64,000 bases of DNA from an uncultured Blastocatellaceae bacterium (GTDB taxonomy: Bacteria; Acidobacteriota; Blastocatellia; Pyrinomonadales; Pyrinomonadaceae), in assembly GCA_964487505.1 (NCBI GenBank), contig CAZARD010000002.1, positions 2,527 through 66,526 of the forward strand, given 5' to 3'. The notes beneath the pieces were generated by a model. That model worked only from the letters and a program-made list of their open reading frames with translations. It searched no databases and was not told the origin of the DNA. The position numbers were made by a program, and so were the translations under genes. Numbering within the stretch: the first letter of the stretch is position 1; the number at the start of each line of letters is the position of its first letter. This document shows, one piece after another, positions 55,655 through 64,000 of this stretch.

Positions 55655-56103
55655 TCGCCCCCGCGCACCACGAGCACCGAACACGGCGCGTGGTGCACGA
55701 CCGAATCGGACACGGAGCCGAGCAAGAGCCGTTCCCAGCGATTGTATCCGTGAGAGCCGACCACGATCATGTCGGCGCCGAATTCCTCGGCGGTCTCGAC
55801 GATGCGGCTTTCGGGAGATCCGTGAAGCACTTCGCTTGAAACGAGAACCTTTTTGCCCTCGAAGAAACCGGCGATCTTCTCACGCGTTGTCTCGAGGACC
55901 TTTTCCGTATTCTCTTTGACAGCCGCCTCGATATCGGTCGATGACGGCAAATAGCCGGCATAGATGTCCATCGCGAGCGGGACAGCCATATCGACCACCG
56001 AAACCACCTTGACCTCGTCGCCGTCCGAAAGGTTCAGATTCCTGACGATCTCGACAGCGGCGTCGCTGTGCCCCGTCCCGTCGGTTGCTAGAATCACCTT
56101 CAT
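55651..56103 (-). CDS. universal stress protein (UspA family)
   Basis: ATP-binding motif VVGSHGYNRWERLLLGSVS. The start is at MKVILATDG (Met38 of the track ORF). Confidence 0.85.
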   Translation of the reverse strand: MKVILATDGTGHSDAAVEIVRNLNLSDGDEVKVVSVVDMAVPLAMDIYAGYLPSSTDIEAAVKENTEKVLETTREKIAGFFEGKKVLVSSEVLHGSPESRIVETAEEFGADMIVVGSHGYNRWERLLLGSVSDSVVHHAPCSVLVVRGGE

Positions 56104-56191
56104 ATATCCGTCTCCTGTTCGTAATGCCTTTCCTGACTTGATTTTAGTATTTTTCGGCAACTGACGGCAACGAGATCGCGCATTCCCCGGA

Positions 56192-56599
56192 TTATTGCGG
56201 CAACTTTGCGACAAGCATCGAAAACATCAGCAATTCGGCATCTGAAAGCGCGCCGAAATGCCTTTCGCCGGCGTTTGTCCAGCACGTCGCGATGGCCTCG
56301 TTCAGCGCCGCGGCCTTTTCGCAGCGAAAGACGCGGACCGTTCGGGAATCGTCCGGGCACGGCTCGCAGCGGACAAGACCGCGGGCGGCGAGGATCCTCA
56401 CGGTCTTGTTGACGGTCGGCGCCGACACGCCGAGGTCCCGCGCCAGATCAGCCTGCGAAATGCCCGCGCCTTGATCGAGGCGCGAAAGGAGTGCGACCTG
56501 GCCGGCATTCAGGCCAAGCGCCGCGAACTCGCGATCGACCGAGATCCTGTAAGCGGCCGCGACGCGGGCGAAAATTGACGCGAATTCGGATCTTTTCAT
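56192..56599 (-). CDS. MarR family transcriptional regulator
   Basis: Winged HTH (ISQADLARDLGVSAPTVNKTVRILAARGLV). I chose the ATG at Met5 of the track ORF. Confidence 0.8.
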   Translation of the reverse strand: MKRSEFASIFARVAAAYRISVDREFAALGLNAGQVALLSRLDQGAGISQADLARDLGVSAPTVNKTVRILAARGLVRCEPCPDDSRTVRVFRCEKAAALNEAIATCWTNAGERHFGALSDAELLMFSMLVAKLPQ

Positions 56600-56705
56600 C
56601 CGGCAAATCAAAGCCGGTTAACAGAAAACGGGTAGCCGGCTAATTAAATATGCAAAGATATGCGGCGGAATATGCAAATCCCGCCGCATAAAGCGCTTGC
56701 TTTCC

Positions 56706-57356
56706 TTACCCGCGACCGCTTTTCTTCCAGTCGCTTAAGAAAGCGTCGAGGCCTTTGTCAGTAAGCGGATGGCCGACAAGCTGGCGGATGACCTTGAACG
56801 GGATCGTGGCGACGTCCGCCCCGGCGAGCGCCGAATCGACGATATGCATCGGATGGCGTATCGACGCCGCGAGCACCTCGGTCGTGTATCCGTAATTGCC
56901 GTAGATCTGAACGATATCGCGTATGAGCTGCATCCCGTCCTGCCCGATATCGTCGAGACGTCCGATGAACGGCGAGATGTAGGACGCGCCGGCCTTCGCC
57001 GCGAGCAGCGCCTGGGCCGCAGAAAAGCATAGGGTGACGTTCACCTTGGTGCCTTCCGCTCGGAAAATGCGCGTCGCTTTGAGTCCGTCGAGCGTCAAAG
57101 GGCATTTGATGACGACGTTCGGCGCGATCTTAGCGAGCTCGCGGCCCTCGCGGACCATGCCTTCGGTATCGAGCGCCGTGACCTCTGCCGAAACGTCCCC
57201 CGCGACGATCGAACAGATCTTTGCGATGTGTTCCTTAAAGTCGATGTCTCCCTCTTTCGCGACGAGCGAGGGGTTCGTAGTAACGCCGTCGATGAGCCCG
57301 AGTTCATTCGCCTCGCGGATCTCGTCCAGATTTGCTGTATCAATAAAGAATTTCAT
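56706..57356 (-). CDS. tal: transaldolase type 3B / fructose-6-phosphate aldolase family
   Basis: 216 aa, collinear with the short Bacillus-type transaldolase ([28 protein letters not shown]). Confidence 0.9.
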   Translation of the reverse strand: MKFFIDTANLDEIREANELGLIDGVTTNPSLVAKEGDIDFKEHIAKICSIVAGDVSAEVTALDTEGMVREGRELAKIAPNVVIKCPLTLDGLKATRIFRAEGTKVNVTLCFSAAQALLAAKAGASYISPFIGRLDDIGQDGMQLIRDIVQIYGNYGYTTEVLAASIRHPMHIVDSALAGADVATIPFKVIRQLVGHPLTDKGLDAFLSDWKKSGRG

Positions 57357-57371
57357 AAGCTCCTGATAGTT

Positions 57372-58139
57372 CTATGCGATCGGGTTGCTGAGCCTGCCGA
57401 TTCCTTCGACCTCGACCTCGCAGACGTCGCCGGATCTCAACCGCGAAACGCCGGAAGGCGTGCCGGTGGCGATGATATCGCCGGAACACAAGGTCATCTG
57501 ATTCGAGATGTATCGTATCAAAAACGCGACCGGGAACGCCATTTGCGACGTCCGCCCGTCCTGGCGGACCTCGCCGTTCACGCGGCAGACGACGCGCAGG
57601 TCGGTCGGGTCGAGCTCAGTCTCGACGAACGCCCCGACCGGGCAGAACGTATCGAACGACTTTCCCCTGGTAAATTGAACGTCGCGCCGCTGCAGGTCGC
57701 GGGCCGTGACATCGTTAAGGCACGTGTAGCCGAAGACGTATTCGAACGGATCATCGTCGGGGCCGAGCTTCGAACAGGTCTTCGCGATCACGACCGCCAG
57801 TTCCGCTTCGTGCTCGACCTGTTCGGATTGGGCGGGAATCTCGATCGCCTCGCCCTCGGTGATCAGCGCCGACGGAGCCTTGAGGAACAGAAGCGGCTCG
57901 GAAGGCATGGGATTGCCGAGTTCGGCGGCATGCTCGGCATAATTCCTTCCGACGCAGACGATCTTCGACGGCGACATGGGAGGCAGGAACTGTACGAGGC
58001 CGGGATCGACGCTCCGCGTCAGGCGCAGGTCCTCTTCGGCGGCGTCCGTTTCCAAGGTCTCCGGAAAGGGGAATATCCGGCCATTTTCAAAGGCGCCCCA
58101 ATACTCCCGTTCGCGGAAGCGGAAATGACATATCTTCAT
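57372..58139 (-). CDS. fumarylacetoacetate hydrolase (FAH) family protein
   Basis: C-terminal FAH domain blocks (CVGRNYAEHAAE, GDIIATGTPSGV). Confidence 0.9.
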   Translation of the reverse strand: MKICHFRFREREYWGAFENGRIFPFPETLETDAAEEDLRLTRSVDPGLVQFLPPMSPSKIVCVGRNYAEHAAELGNPMPSEPLLFLKAPSALITEGEAIEIPAQSEQVEHEAELAVVIAKTCSKLGPDDDPFEYVFGYTCLNDVTARDLQRRDVQFTRGKSFDTFCPVGAFVETELDPTDLRVVCRVNGEVRQDGRTSQMAFPVAFLIRYISNQMTLCSGDIIATGTPSGVSRLRSGDVCEVEVEGIGRLSNPIA

Positions 58140-58143
58140 AGGA

Positions 58144-59226
58144 TTACGGCACGGTGTCGCCGACGATCTCCGAGATCTTGCTGACGTTCCCGAAGCGGTC
58201 GATCGCGGTCACGCAGTAAAAGTAGGTCTTCCCGGACTCGACCGACGAGTCCTGAAACGTGTTGACCGGTATCGGGTTCGGCGTCAGGCGCGTCCATTGA
58301 TCCGGCGGAAGCGACCGGTCGGTAGAGCGGTAGATCGTGTACCCTACGACGTCGGTTTCGGTATTCACGGCGAAGAAGATCGATATCTGGTTCGGCGACG
58401 CCGCGATCGTCAAAGCGGCCGGCGGGGCGGGCGCGAACGTATCCTTCGGAGTGATATCGACGCGCGTCGAATCGATGCTTTCAACGGGTTCGGCATCGAT
58501 CCCGAGAGAAACGGTGCGCACGAAATAGACGTACTTCGACCCGAACTCGAAGGACCGGTCGGCGAATGCCGGGCCGCCGACCGGCGTCGCGTTCAGCTTG
58601 CGCTCAAGGTTCTTCTCGATGCGGTAAACGTTGTAACCGATGACGTTGGCCGGGCTCGAACCGTCGATGTTCGACGCGGGCGGCTGCCACGAAACGGTCA
58701 ATGCCTCCTGCGACGGCGTGAGTTCGAGCGCGCGCGGCGGCTGGGCGACGGTGGCGGCCGGCTCGATCAGGAAGAAATTCGAAAACGCGGCTTTCTGTCC
58801 GGAACGGTTCGCATATCGGGCCGCGTACCGGAGTCGCGCCTTCTGGCCCGCCAGGCTCAGGACGTCCTCGTACACCATCTGCTTGCGGCCGAAATCGTCG
58901 GCGCCGATGGGAATCGTGGCGATCAAGGTGCTGCGGGCCGAGAACTCTTCCTCCGAAAGCACGAGCGGCGACCCGAGCGGTTCCGCGAGCCGGAAAAGGT
59001 CGATGCGGTCTATATTCAGGACGCTGTTCGAGCCCGCGTTGCGGGCCGGTGTCGTCCAGGTCAGAAAGATCCGATCGCCCCTCTGAGCCCCTGAGATCTC
59101 CGCCCTCTGCGGCACGCGTTCGGTCGGCGGTACGGGCGGCGTGCGTTTCCCGCAAGCGGTAAGCAAAGCACAAAGTGTAAACGCTAACGCTGTTTGCTTT
59201 TTTAAGGAGTTAAGTGCTTTAAGCAT
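58144..59226 (-). CDS. lipoprotein with fibronectin type III-like domains
   Basis: Lipobox LLTAC and repeated beta-sandwich segments (GYNVYR, GYTIYRS). Confidence 0.6.
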   Translation of the reverse strand: MLKALNSLKKQTALAFTLCALLTACGKRTPPVPPTERVPQRAEISGAQRGDRIFLTWTTPARNAGSNSVLNIDRIDLFRLAEPLGSPLVLSEEEFSARSTLIATIPIGADDFGRKQMVYEDVLSLAGQKARLRYAARYANRSGQKAAFSNFFLIEPAATVAQPPRALELTPSQEALTVSWQPPASNIDGSSPANVIGYNVYRIEKNLERKLNATPVGGPAFADRSFEFGSKYVYFVRTVSLGIDAEPVESIDSTRVDITPKDTFAPAPPAALTIAASPNQISIFFAVNTETDVVGYTIYRSTDRSLPPDQWTRLTPNPIPVNTFQDSSVESGKTYFYCVTAIDRFGNVSKISEIVGDTVP

Positions 59227-59234
59227 TGTGTTTG

Positions 59235-60638
59235 CTAAAGGATGTACCTGCTTAAATCTTGGTTCCGGACGAGGTCCGCAAGTCGCTTCGTTACGAAAGA
59301 GGAATCTATCACCTGGTGCTTCTCTGCGAGATCGGAGCCCTCGAAACTGATCTCCTCGAGAAGTTTCTCGAGCAGGGTGTGGAGACGTCTGGCGCCTATA
59401 TCTTCTGTGTTTCGGTTGATCTCGACGGCGTGTTCGGCAAGCCTCGCGACCGCGTCTTCCGTGAATTCCAGCCGGATGCCTTCGGTCTCGAGAAGCGCTT
59501 TATACTGCTTAATAAGCGAATTCTTAGGTTGCGTTAAGATGCGCTTAAAATCGTCCAGATTGAGCGATTCCAACTCGACACGGATCGGAAAACGGCCCTG
59601 CAGTTCCGGGATCAGGTCGGAAGGTTTCGAAACATGGAACGCGCCCGCGGCGATGAAGAGGATATGCTCGGTGTTCACGAGGCCGTAGCGCGTATTGACG
59701 TTTGTCCCCTCGATGATCGGCAAAAGATCCCGCTGGACCCCTTCCCGGGATACATCCGGGCCGGCCGCCGATTCACGGCCCGCGATCTTGTCGATCTCGT
59801 CGAGGAAGACGATCCCCGAGGACTGCGTGCGCTCGATGGCGTCGCGGGTGACGCGCTCCATGTCGATCAGGTTCTCGGTTTCGTCGCGAAGCAGGGCGTT
59901 GCGGGCCTCCGCGACGCGGACCTTGCGGCGGACCGTTTTTGTCGGGAAGATGCTTCCGAACATATCCCGCAGATTGACGCCCATTTCCTCCATGCCCTGG
60001 CCGCCGACGAAGTCGATCATCGTGTTCGAACGGTCCTGGGTCTCGATCTCGATCTGCCTGGAATCCAGCTCGCCCCGGCGGTATTGGTCGCGCAGTTTTT
60101 CGCGGGTCCGCGTCCGCGACGCGATCTCGGCGCGGAGCGACTCGTCATCGTCGTCGGCGAAGCCGAAATCCGGTCCCGGCAGCAAAGCGTCGAGGATGCG
60201 TTCTTCGACGTTCTCCTCGGCCTGTTGGCGGACGACCTCGAACGCGACCTGGCGGGCCATGTCGACCGCCACTTCCGTGAGTTCGCGGACGATGCTTTCG
60301 ACATCCCGGCCGACATATCCGACCTCGGTGAACTTCGACGCCTCGATCTTTATGAACGGCGAATTCGCGATCCGCGAAAGCCGGCGCGCGATCTCCGTCT
60401 TTCCGACGCCCGTCGACCCGATCATCAGGATGTTCTTCGGCAGAACGTCGCGCGCGATCTCCGGAGGGAGTTTCTGGCGCCTGACGCGGTTGCGGAGCGC
60501 GACGGCGACGGCGCGTTTGGCGGCCGCCTGGCCGACGACGTACCGGTCGAGTTCGGCGACGATCTCGCGCGGCGTCAGATCGTCAAGTTTTCGTTGCGGC
60601 TCCGAATCCGGAGTTCCGCCGCCCAAAAGTATTGCCAT
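59235..60638 (-). CDS. hslU: ATP-dependent protease ATPase subunit HslU
   Basis: Walker A GSTGVGKTEIARRL with the I-domain insertion. The start at Met19 of the track ORF overlaps the hslV stop by 1 nt. Confidence 0.95.
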   Translation of the reverse strand: MAILLGGGTPDSEPQRKLDDLTPREIVAELDRYVVGQAAAKRAVAVALRNRVRRQKLPPEIARDVLPKNILMIGSTGVGKTEIARRLSRIANSPFIKIEASKFTEVGYVGRDVESIVRELTEVAVDMARQVAFEVVRQQAEENVEERILDALLPGPDFGFADDDDESLRAEIASRTRTREKLRDQYRRGELDSRQIEIETQDRSNTMIDFVGGQGMEEMGVNLRDMFGSIFPTKTVRRKVRVAEARNALLRDETENLIDMERVTRDAIERTQSSGIVFLDEIDKIAGRESAAGPDVSREGVQRDLLPIIEGTNVNTRYGLVNTEHILFIAAGAFHVSKPSDLIPELQGRFPIRVELESLNLDDFKRILTQPKNSLIKQYKALLETEGIRLEFTEDAVARLAEHAVEINRNTEDIGARRLHTLLEKLLEEISFEGSDLAEKHQVIDSSFVTKRLADLVRNQDLSRYIL

Positions 60639-61210
60639 CACGGTTCCTGCCTGATCTCCTCGATGATCACGTTGTGATTCGTATAGATGCATATCTCGCC
60701 GGCGATCGAAAGCGCCTCGAGCGCGATCTCGGCGGCCGGCAGCGATGTATGTTTCAAGAGGGCGCGCGCCGCCGCGAGAGCGTACATGCTGCCAGACCCG
60801 ACGGCCAGAAGTCCGTCGTCCGAGGAGATGACGTCGCCCTTGCCCGAGATCAGGAACGCGGCGCTGCGGTCGGCCACGATCAGCAGGGATTCGAGGTTCC
60901 GCAAATACTTGTCGGTTCGCCAGTCCTTGCTGAGTTCGACCGCGGCGCGTTCGAGCTGCCCCTGAAACTGTTCGAGTTTCGTCTCGAATCTGCCGAGAAG
61001 CGTGAAGGCGTCGGCCGTCGAGCCGGCAAATCCCGCCAGCACGCGGTCGTTGTAGATCCGGCGGACCTTTCGCGCGTTGCCCTTGATAATTGCCTCGCCG
61101 AGCGTCACCTGGCCGTCGCCGGCCATCGCCAGATCGCCGTCGCGGCGGACGAGGAGCACGGTCGTCGAGCGGATCTTTGACGTGGAAGCATCGCGTGACA
61201 TGGATTTCAT
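60638..61210 (-). CDS. hslV: ATP-dependent protease subunit HslV
   Basis: [10 protein letters not shown]...GDGQVT...[14 protein letters not shown] pattern. About 15 residues precede the catalytic Thr. Confidence 0.9.
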   Translation of the reverse strand: MKSMSRDASTSKIRSTTVLLVRRDGDLAMAGDGQVTLGEAIIKGNARKVRRIYNDRVLAGFAGSTADAFTLLGRFETKLEQFQGQLERAAVELSKDWRTDKYLRNLESLLIVADRSAAFLISGKGDVISSDDGLLAVGSGSMYALAAARALLKHTSLPAAEIALEALSIAGEICIYTNHNVIIEEIRQEP

Positions 61211-61278
61211 CTTAATTCCTAAAATTCAAATGCTCAAATTGACAGGAGATAAGGACTTATTTGAACATTGTAGGGTTT

Positions 61279-61995
61279 ATGGCAAAACGGCCCGTGATCG
61301 GCATAACGATGCGTCTCGAGATCGAAACCAACCGGTTCTATCTCGGGCGGGACTACAGCGAAGCGCTAGCGGGGCTCGGAGCGGTTCCGTTCCATATGAG
61401 CCTCATCCCCGACCCGGAGTATGTCGCACGCGTCCTTGACCTCGTCGACGGCGTGCTGCTGCCCGGAAGCGACACCGACGTCGACCCGCTGCTTTACGGC
61501 GCCGAGCCGCATCCGCGACTCAAGAAGACGATCGATCTCAAGGACGCGACGGATCTCGCCGTGCTTGACCGCATCGAGGCGACAGGCATGCCTCTGCTCG
61601 CGATCTGCTACGGGATGCAGGCGCTGAACGTTTCGCGGGGCGGGAGCCTGATCCAGGACGTCGAGGCCGAGATCGAGGATTGCCTCAAGCACGAACAGGG
61701 AATACCGCTTGACCGCAACTCGCACACGATCGCCATCGTTCCGGAGTCGCGCCTTGGCGGGCTCGCGCGCGAGGCCACGGTCAATTCGCACCATCATCAG
61801 GCAGTGCGGAACCTCGGCCGGGATCTGCGGGCGACGGCCTGGGCCAAGGACGGCGTGATCGAGTGCGTCGAGGACACGCGCGAAGACCGTTTCGCGTTCG
61901 GCGTTCAGTGGCATCCGGAACTGTCGTGGAAATGGGACGAACTTTCACGAAGGATCTTCGAAGAGTTCATAAGCGCCTGCAGGAATCGGGAATAA
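61279..61995 (+). CDS. class I glutamine amidotransferase-like gamma-glutamyl hydrolase (PuuD/peptidase C26 family)
   Basis: Nucleophile elbow LAICYGMQ and the His/Glu block VQWHPE. I chose the ATG at Met7 of the track ORF. Confidence 0.85.
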   Translation: MAKRPVIGITMRLEIETNRFYLGRDYSEALAGLGAVPFHMSLIPDPEYVARVLDLVDGVLLPGSDTDVDPLLYGAEPHPRLKKTIDLKDATDLAVLDRIEATGMPLLAICYGMQALNVSRGGSLIQDVEAEIEDCLKHEQGIPLDRNSHTIAIVPESRLGGLAREATVNSHHHQAVRNLGRDLRATAWAKDGVIECVEDTREDRFAFGVQWHPELSWKWDELSRRIFEEFISACRNRE

Positions 61996-61998
61996 GTT

Positions 61999-63183
61999 GT
62001 GAAAACACTTGAAGTGAAGAGCGTTAAATTGGGTCTTGAAAGGGTGTTAGGAGATCGCCGGGATCTGCTCCGAGGGCGTGTCGGATTGATCTGCAATCAG
62101 GCGACTGTCGACAAACGGTACGCGCACGCGGCCGATATCTTCTACGAAGACCCGGGCATCGCGCTGACGACCCTCTTCGGTCCGCAGCACGGCATACGCG
62201 GCGACGTTCAGGACAATATGATCGAGACCGCCCACACCAACGACAAGCGGACCGGACTGCCGGTCTACTCCCTCTACAGCGAAACGCGCGAACCGACCGA
62301 GGAAATGCTTCGTAATACGGACGTGCTCGTTTTCGACCTGCAGGATGTCGGTTGCCGGGTCTATACGTTCATATACACGATGGCGAACTCCATGATCGCG
62401 GCCCGCAAGTACGGCAAGCGGTTCGTCGTTCTCGACCGGCCGAACCCGATCGGCGGATCGGCGATCGAAGGCCATACGCTCGAACCCGGCCACGAATCCT
62501 TCGTTGGAATGTTCCCGATCCCCATGCGCCACGGGATGACGATCGGCGAACTCGCGCTGATGTTCAACGGGGAATTCGGCATCGGCTGCGACCTTGAGGT
62601 GGTCCGGATGGACGGTTGGGACCGCGACCGCTACATCGATGAGACCGATGCTCCCTGGGCGATGCCCTCGCCCAATATGCCGACTCCCGACACGGCCGTA
62701 GTGTTTCCGGGGACGGTGTATTTCGAGGGGACACGGGTTTCTGAAGGGCGCGGCACGACGCACCCGTTCGAGATGGTCGGCGCGGGCTTCATCGACGGGT
62801 ATGAGTTCGGGGAAGCATTGACGGCGATCGGGCTTCCGGGCGTCGTCTTCAGGCCGGTGAACTTTCTGCCGACCTTCCAGAAGGAGGCAGGCAAGACCTG
62901 CGGCGGCGTTTTCCTGCACGTTACGGACCGGCGCGCGTTCGAGCCCGTATACACGGGACTGTCGATGGTCAAGACCCTTTTTGATCTTTACGGCGATCGC
63001 TTCGAATGGAAAGAGCCGCCGTACGAGTATGTTTATGACCGCAACCCTTTCGACGTCATCGACGGCGGAAAGCGGTCGCGCGGACTGTTCGAGGCGGGCG
63101 GCACTTTCGGCGAACTTCGGAAACTTTGCTCGGACGGGGTCGGCGATTTCAGGTCGCGACGCGAGCGGTATCTTATTTACTGA
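61999..63183 (+). CDS. DUF1343 family protein (NamZ-like exo-beta-N-acetylmuramidase)
   Basis: Family-typical blocks GLICNQATV, LFGPQHGIRG and DLQDVGCRVYTF. The start is a GTG. Confidence 0.85.
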   Translation: MKTLEVKSVKLGLERVLGDRRDLLRGRVGLICNQATVDKRYAHAADIFYEDPGIALTTLFGPQHGIRGDVQDNMIETAHTNDKRTGLPVYSLYSETREPTEEMLRNTDVLVFDLQDVGCRVYTFIYTMANSMIAARKYGKRFVVLDRPNPIGGSAIEGHTLEPGHESFVGMFPIPMRHGMTIGELALMFNGEFGIGCDLEVVRMDGWDRDRYIDETDAPWAMPSPNMPTPDTAVVFPGTVYFEGTRVSEGRGTTHPFEMVGAGFIDGYEFGEALTAIGLPGVVFRPVNFLPTFQKEAGKTCGGVFLHVTDRRAFEPVYTGLSMVKTLFDLYGDRFEWKEPPYEYVYDRNPFDVIDGGKRSRGLFEAGGTFGELRKLCSDGVGDFRSRRERYLIY

Positions 63184-63311
63184 GACGTTAAAGTGTTTTC
63201 TAGCTTCTTAAATTGCGTGTTTCGAATACTTAGTGGCGATAGTGAAGGTGGTTTCTGGGCGTCGGAGCGCACACGCTTGAGAGATCGGTTGAAGTTTGAA
63301 TCGAGTTTGAT

Positions 63312-63692
63312 ATGAATAATCCTTTCGCGATCGGAGCGGTGTCGTGGTTTTTGCCGGGCGTCGGTCATATATTGCAGGGACGCGTGAAGCGCGGGATCCT
63401 GATCGGTGTCGTTGTCTGGGCGATGTTCATTATCGCAGCGGTCGGCGGCGGGCTCTATTACCCGGGGTTTCCTTTCAAGGACGGCGGGCTTCTTTATTTG
63501 CTCAACGTCTTCGCGAAGCTCGGGAACGGGCTCGGGTCGGTGATCGGATTCGTCGCGCAGGCGAATCCGCCGAAGAATGTCGCGGCGTGGGCAACGTTCG
63601 AATACGGCGGCAGGTTCCTTGAGGTTGCCGGACTTCTCAATTACCTCGCGGTGATGGACGCGGCGGACATCCAGAGCGGGAGGAAGGAATGA
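63312..63692 (+). CDS. membrane protein
   Basis: 126 aa with three to four hydrophobic helices. Function is not recognised. Confidence 0.5.
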   Translation: MNNPFAIGAVSWFLPGVGHILQGRVKRGILIGVVVWAMFIIAAVGGGLYYPGFPFKDGGLLYLLNVFAKLGNGLGSVIGFVAQANPPKNVAAWATFEYGGRFLEVAGLLNYLAVMDAADIQSGRKE

Positions 63693-63859
63693 TACATTTT
63701 CTTTATTTGCTGGGATTCAGCGTCCTCGTTTCCGTGGCCTTCGCCGTTTTCAGCGACGGCAACGCGACGGATCGCCTCAAATACGGGCTCAAGACGTTCG
63801 CTCAGTTCTTTTTGATCAGCCTCGCGATGGCCTGGGTCTTCTATTTCATCCCCTGGTAA
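63689..63859 (+). CDS. small membrane protein (56 aa, below the ORF-track cut-off)
   Basis: Hand translation gives MIHFLYLLGFSVLVSVAFAVFSDGNATDRLKYGLKTFAQFFLISLAMAWVFYFIPW. The ATGA start overlaps the upstream stop, and its TAA overlaps the recO ATG. Confidence 0.4.
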   Translation: MIHFLYLLGFSVLVSVAFAVFSDGNATDRLKYGLKTFAQFFLISLAMAWVFYFIPW

Positions 63860-64000
63860 TGGGCCTTCACGAGACAGAGGCGCTGGTTCTCCGGAGTTAC
63901 CCGTTGGCGGAGGCGGACCGTATCGTCGTCCTGCTGACGCGCGAGCAGGGGATCGTGCGCGGCGTCGCCAAGGGCGCGAAACGTCTCAACAGCAGGTTCG
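63859..64000 (+). CDS. recO: DNA repair protein RecO, N-terminal fragment (continues past the window)
   Basis: Hand translation MGLHETEALVLRSYPLAEADRIVVLLTREQGIVRGVAKGAKRLNSRF matches the RecO OB-fold N-terminus. Confidence 0.8.
   Translation, partial: MGLHETEALVLRSYPLAEADRIVVLLTREQGIVRGVAKGAKRLNSRF

Overview
This is a GC-rich, gene-dense bacterial chromosomal segment. I call about 60 protein genes and one tRNA-Lys(CUU). I see no rRNA, CRISPR array, transposase or integrase. The protein architectures (zinc-ribbon/PEGA/FHA Ser-Thr kinases, an LVIVD+FG-GAP propeller, an archaeal/eukaryote-type ProRS, HslUV) suggest an Acidobacteriota-like organism, but that is inference only. Most genes are housekeeping: purD, yhhQ, recG, rsmD, aroC, proline dehydrogenase, proS, thiolase/hbd, an M16 peptidase pair, a UbiD-family decarboxylase, asnS, an ABC exporter, alr, an acyl-CoA carboxyltransferase, tal, hslVU and recO. 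The unusual signal is mostly non-coding. (i) Six intergenic arrays consist of 7-9 bp tandem units built on GATTCCA / AAATCCA / GATCCCA, a GGAWTCC quasi-palindrome dense in GANTC and GATC sites. They start within 0-8 nt of stop codons and fill the leaders of accessory genes; the largest blocks are 36294-36442, 43665-43811, 44315-44463 and 48519-48994. (ii) A hairpin-forming dispersed repeat of about 180-190 bp occurs in three same-orientation copies (3660-3847, 30822-31017, 44121-44312). (iii) An 864-bp gene-free island (43657-44520) combines both repeat types in an inverted arrangement. Protein-level oddities include an FHA-PrsW fusion protease, tandem RsmD paralogs of which one has a degenerate DPPY motif and an Arg/Asp-rich N-terminus, a C70-like cysteine peptidase convergent with an SprT-like lipoprotein, and an AsnB-like enzyme lacking the Cys nucleophile. 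None of these matches a described system that I recognise. All functional readings are hypotheses with checks stated. The many long antisense ORFs in the track are shadow ORFs and were rejected.
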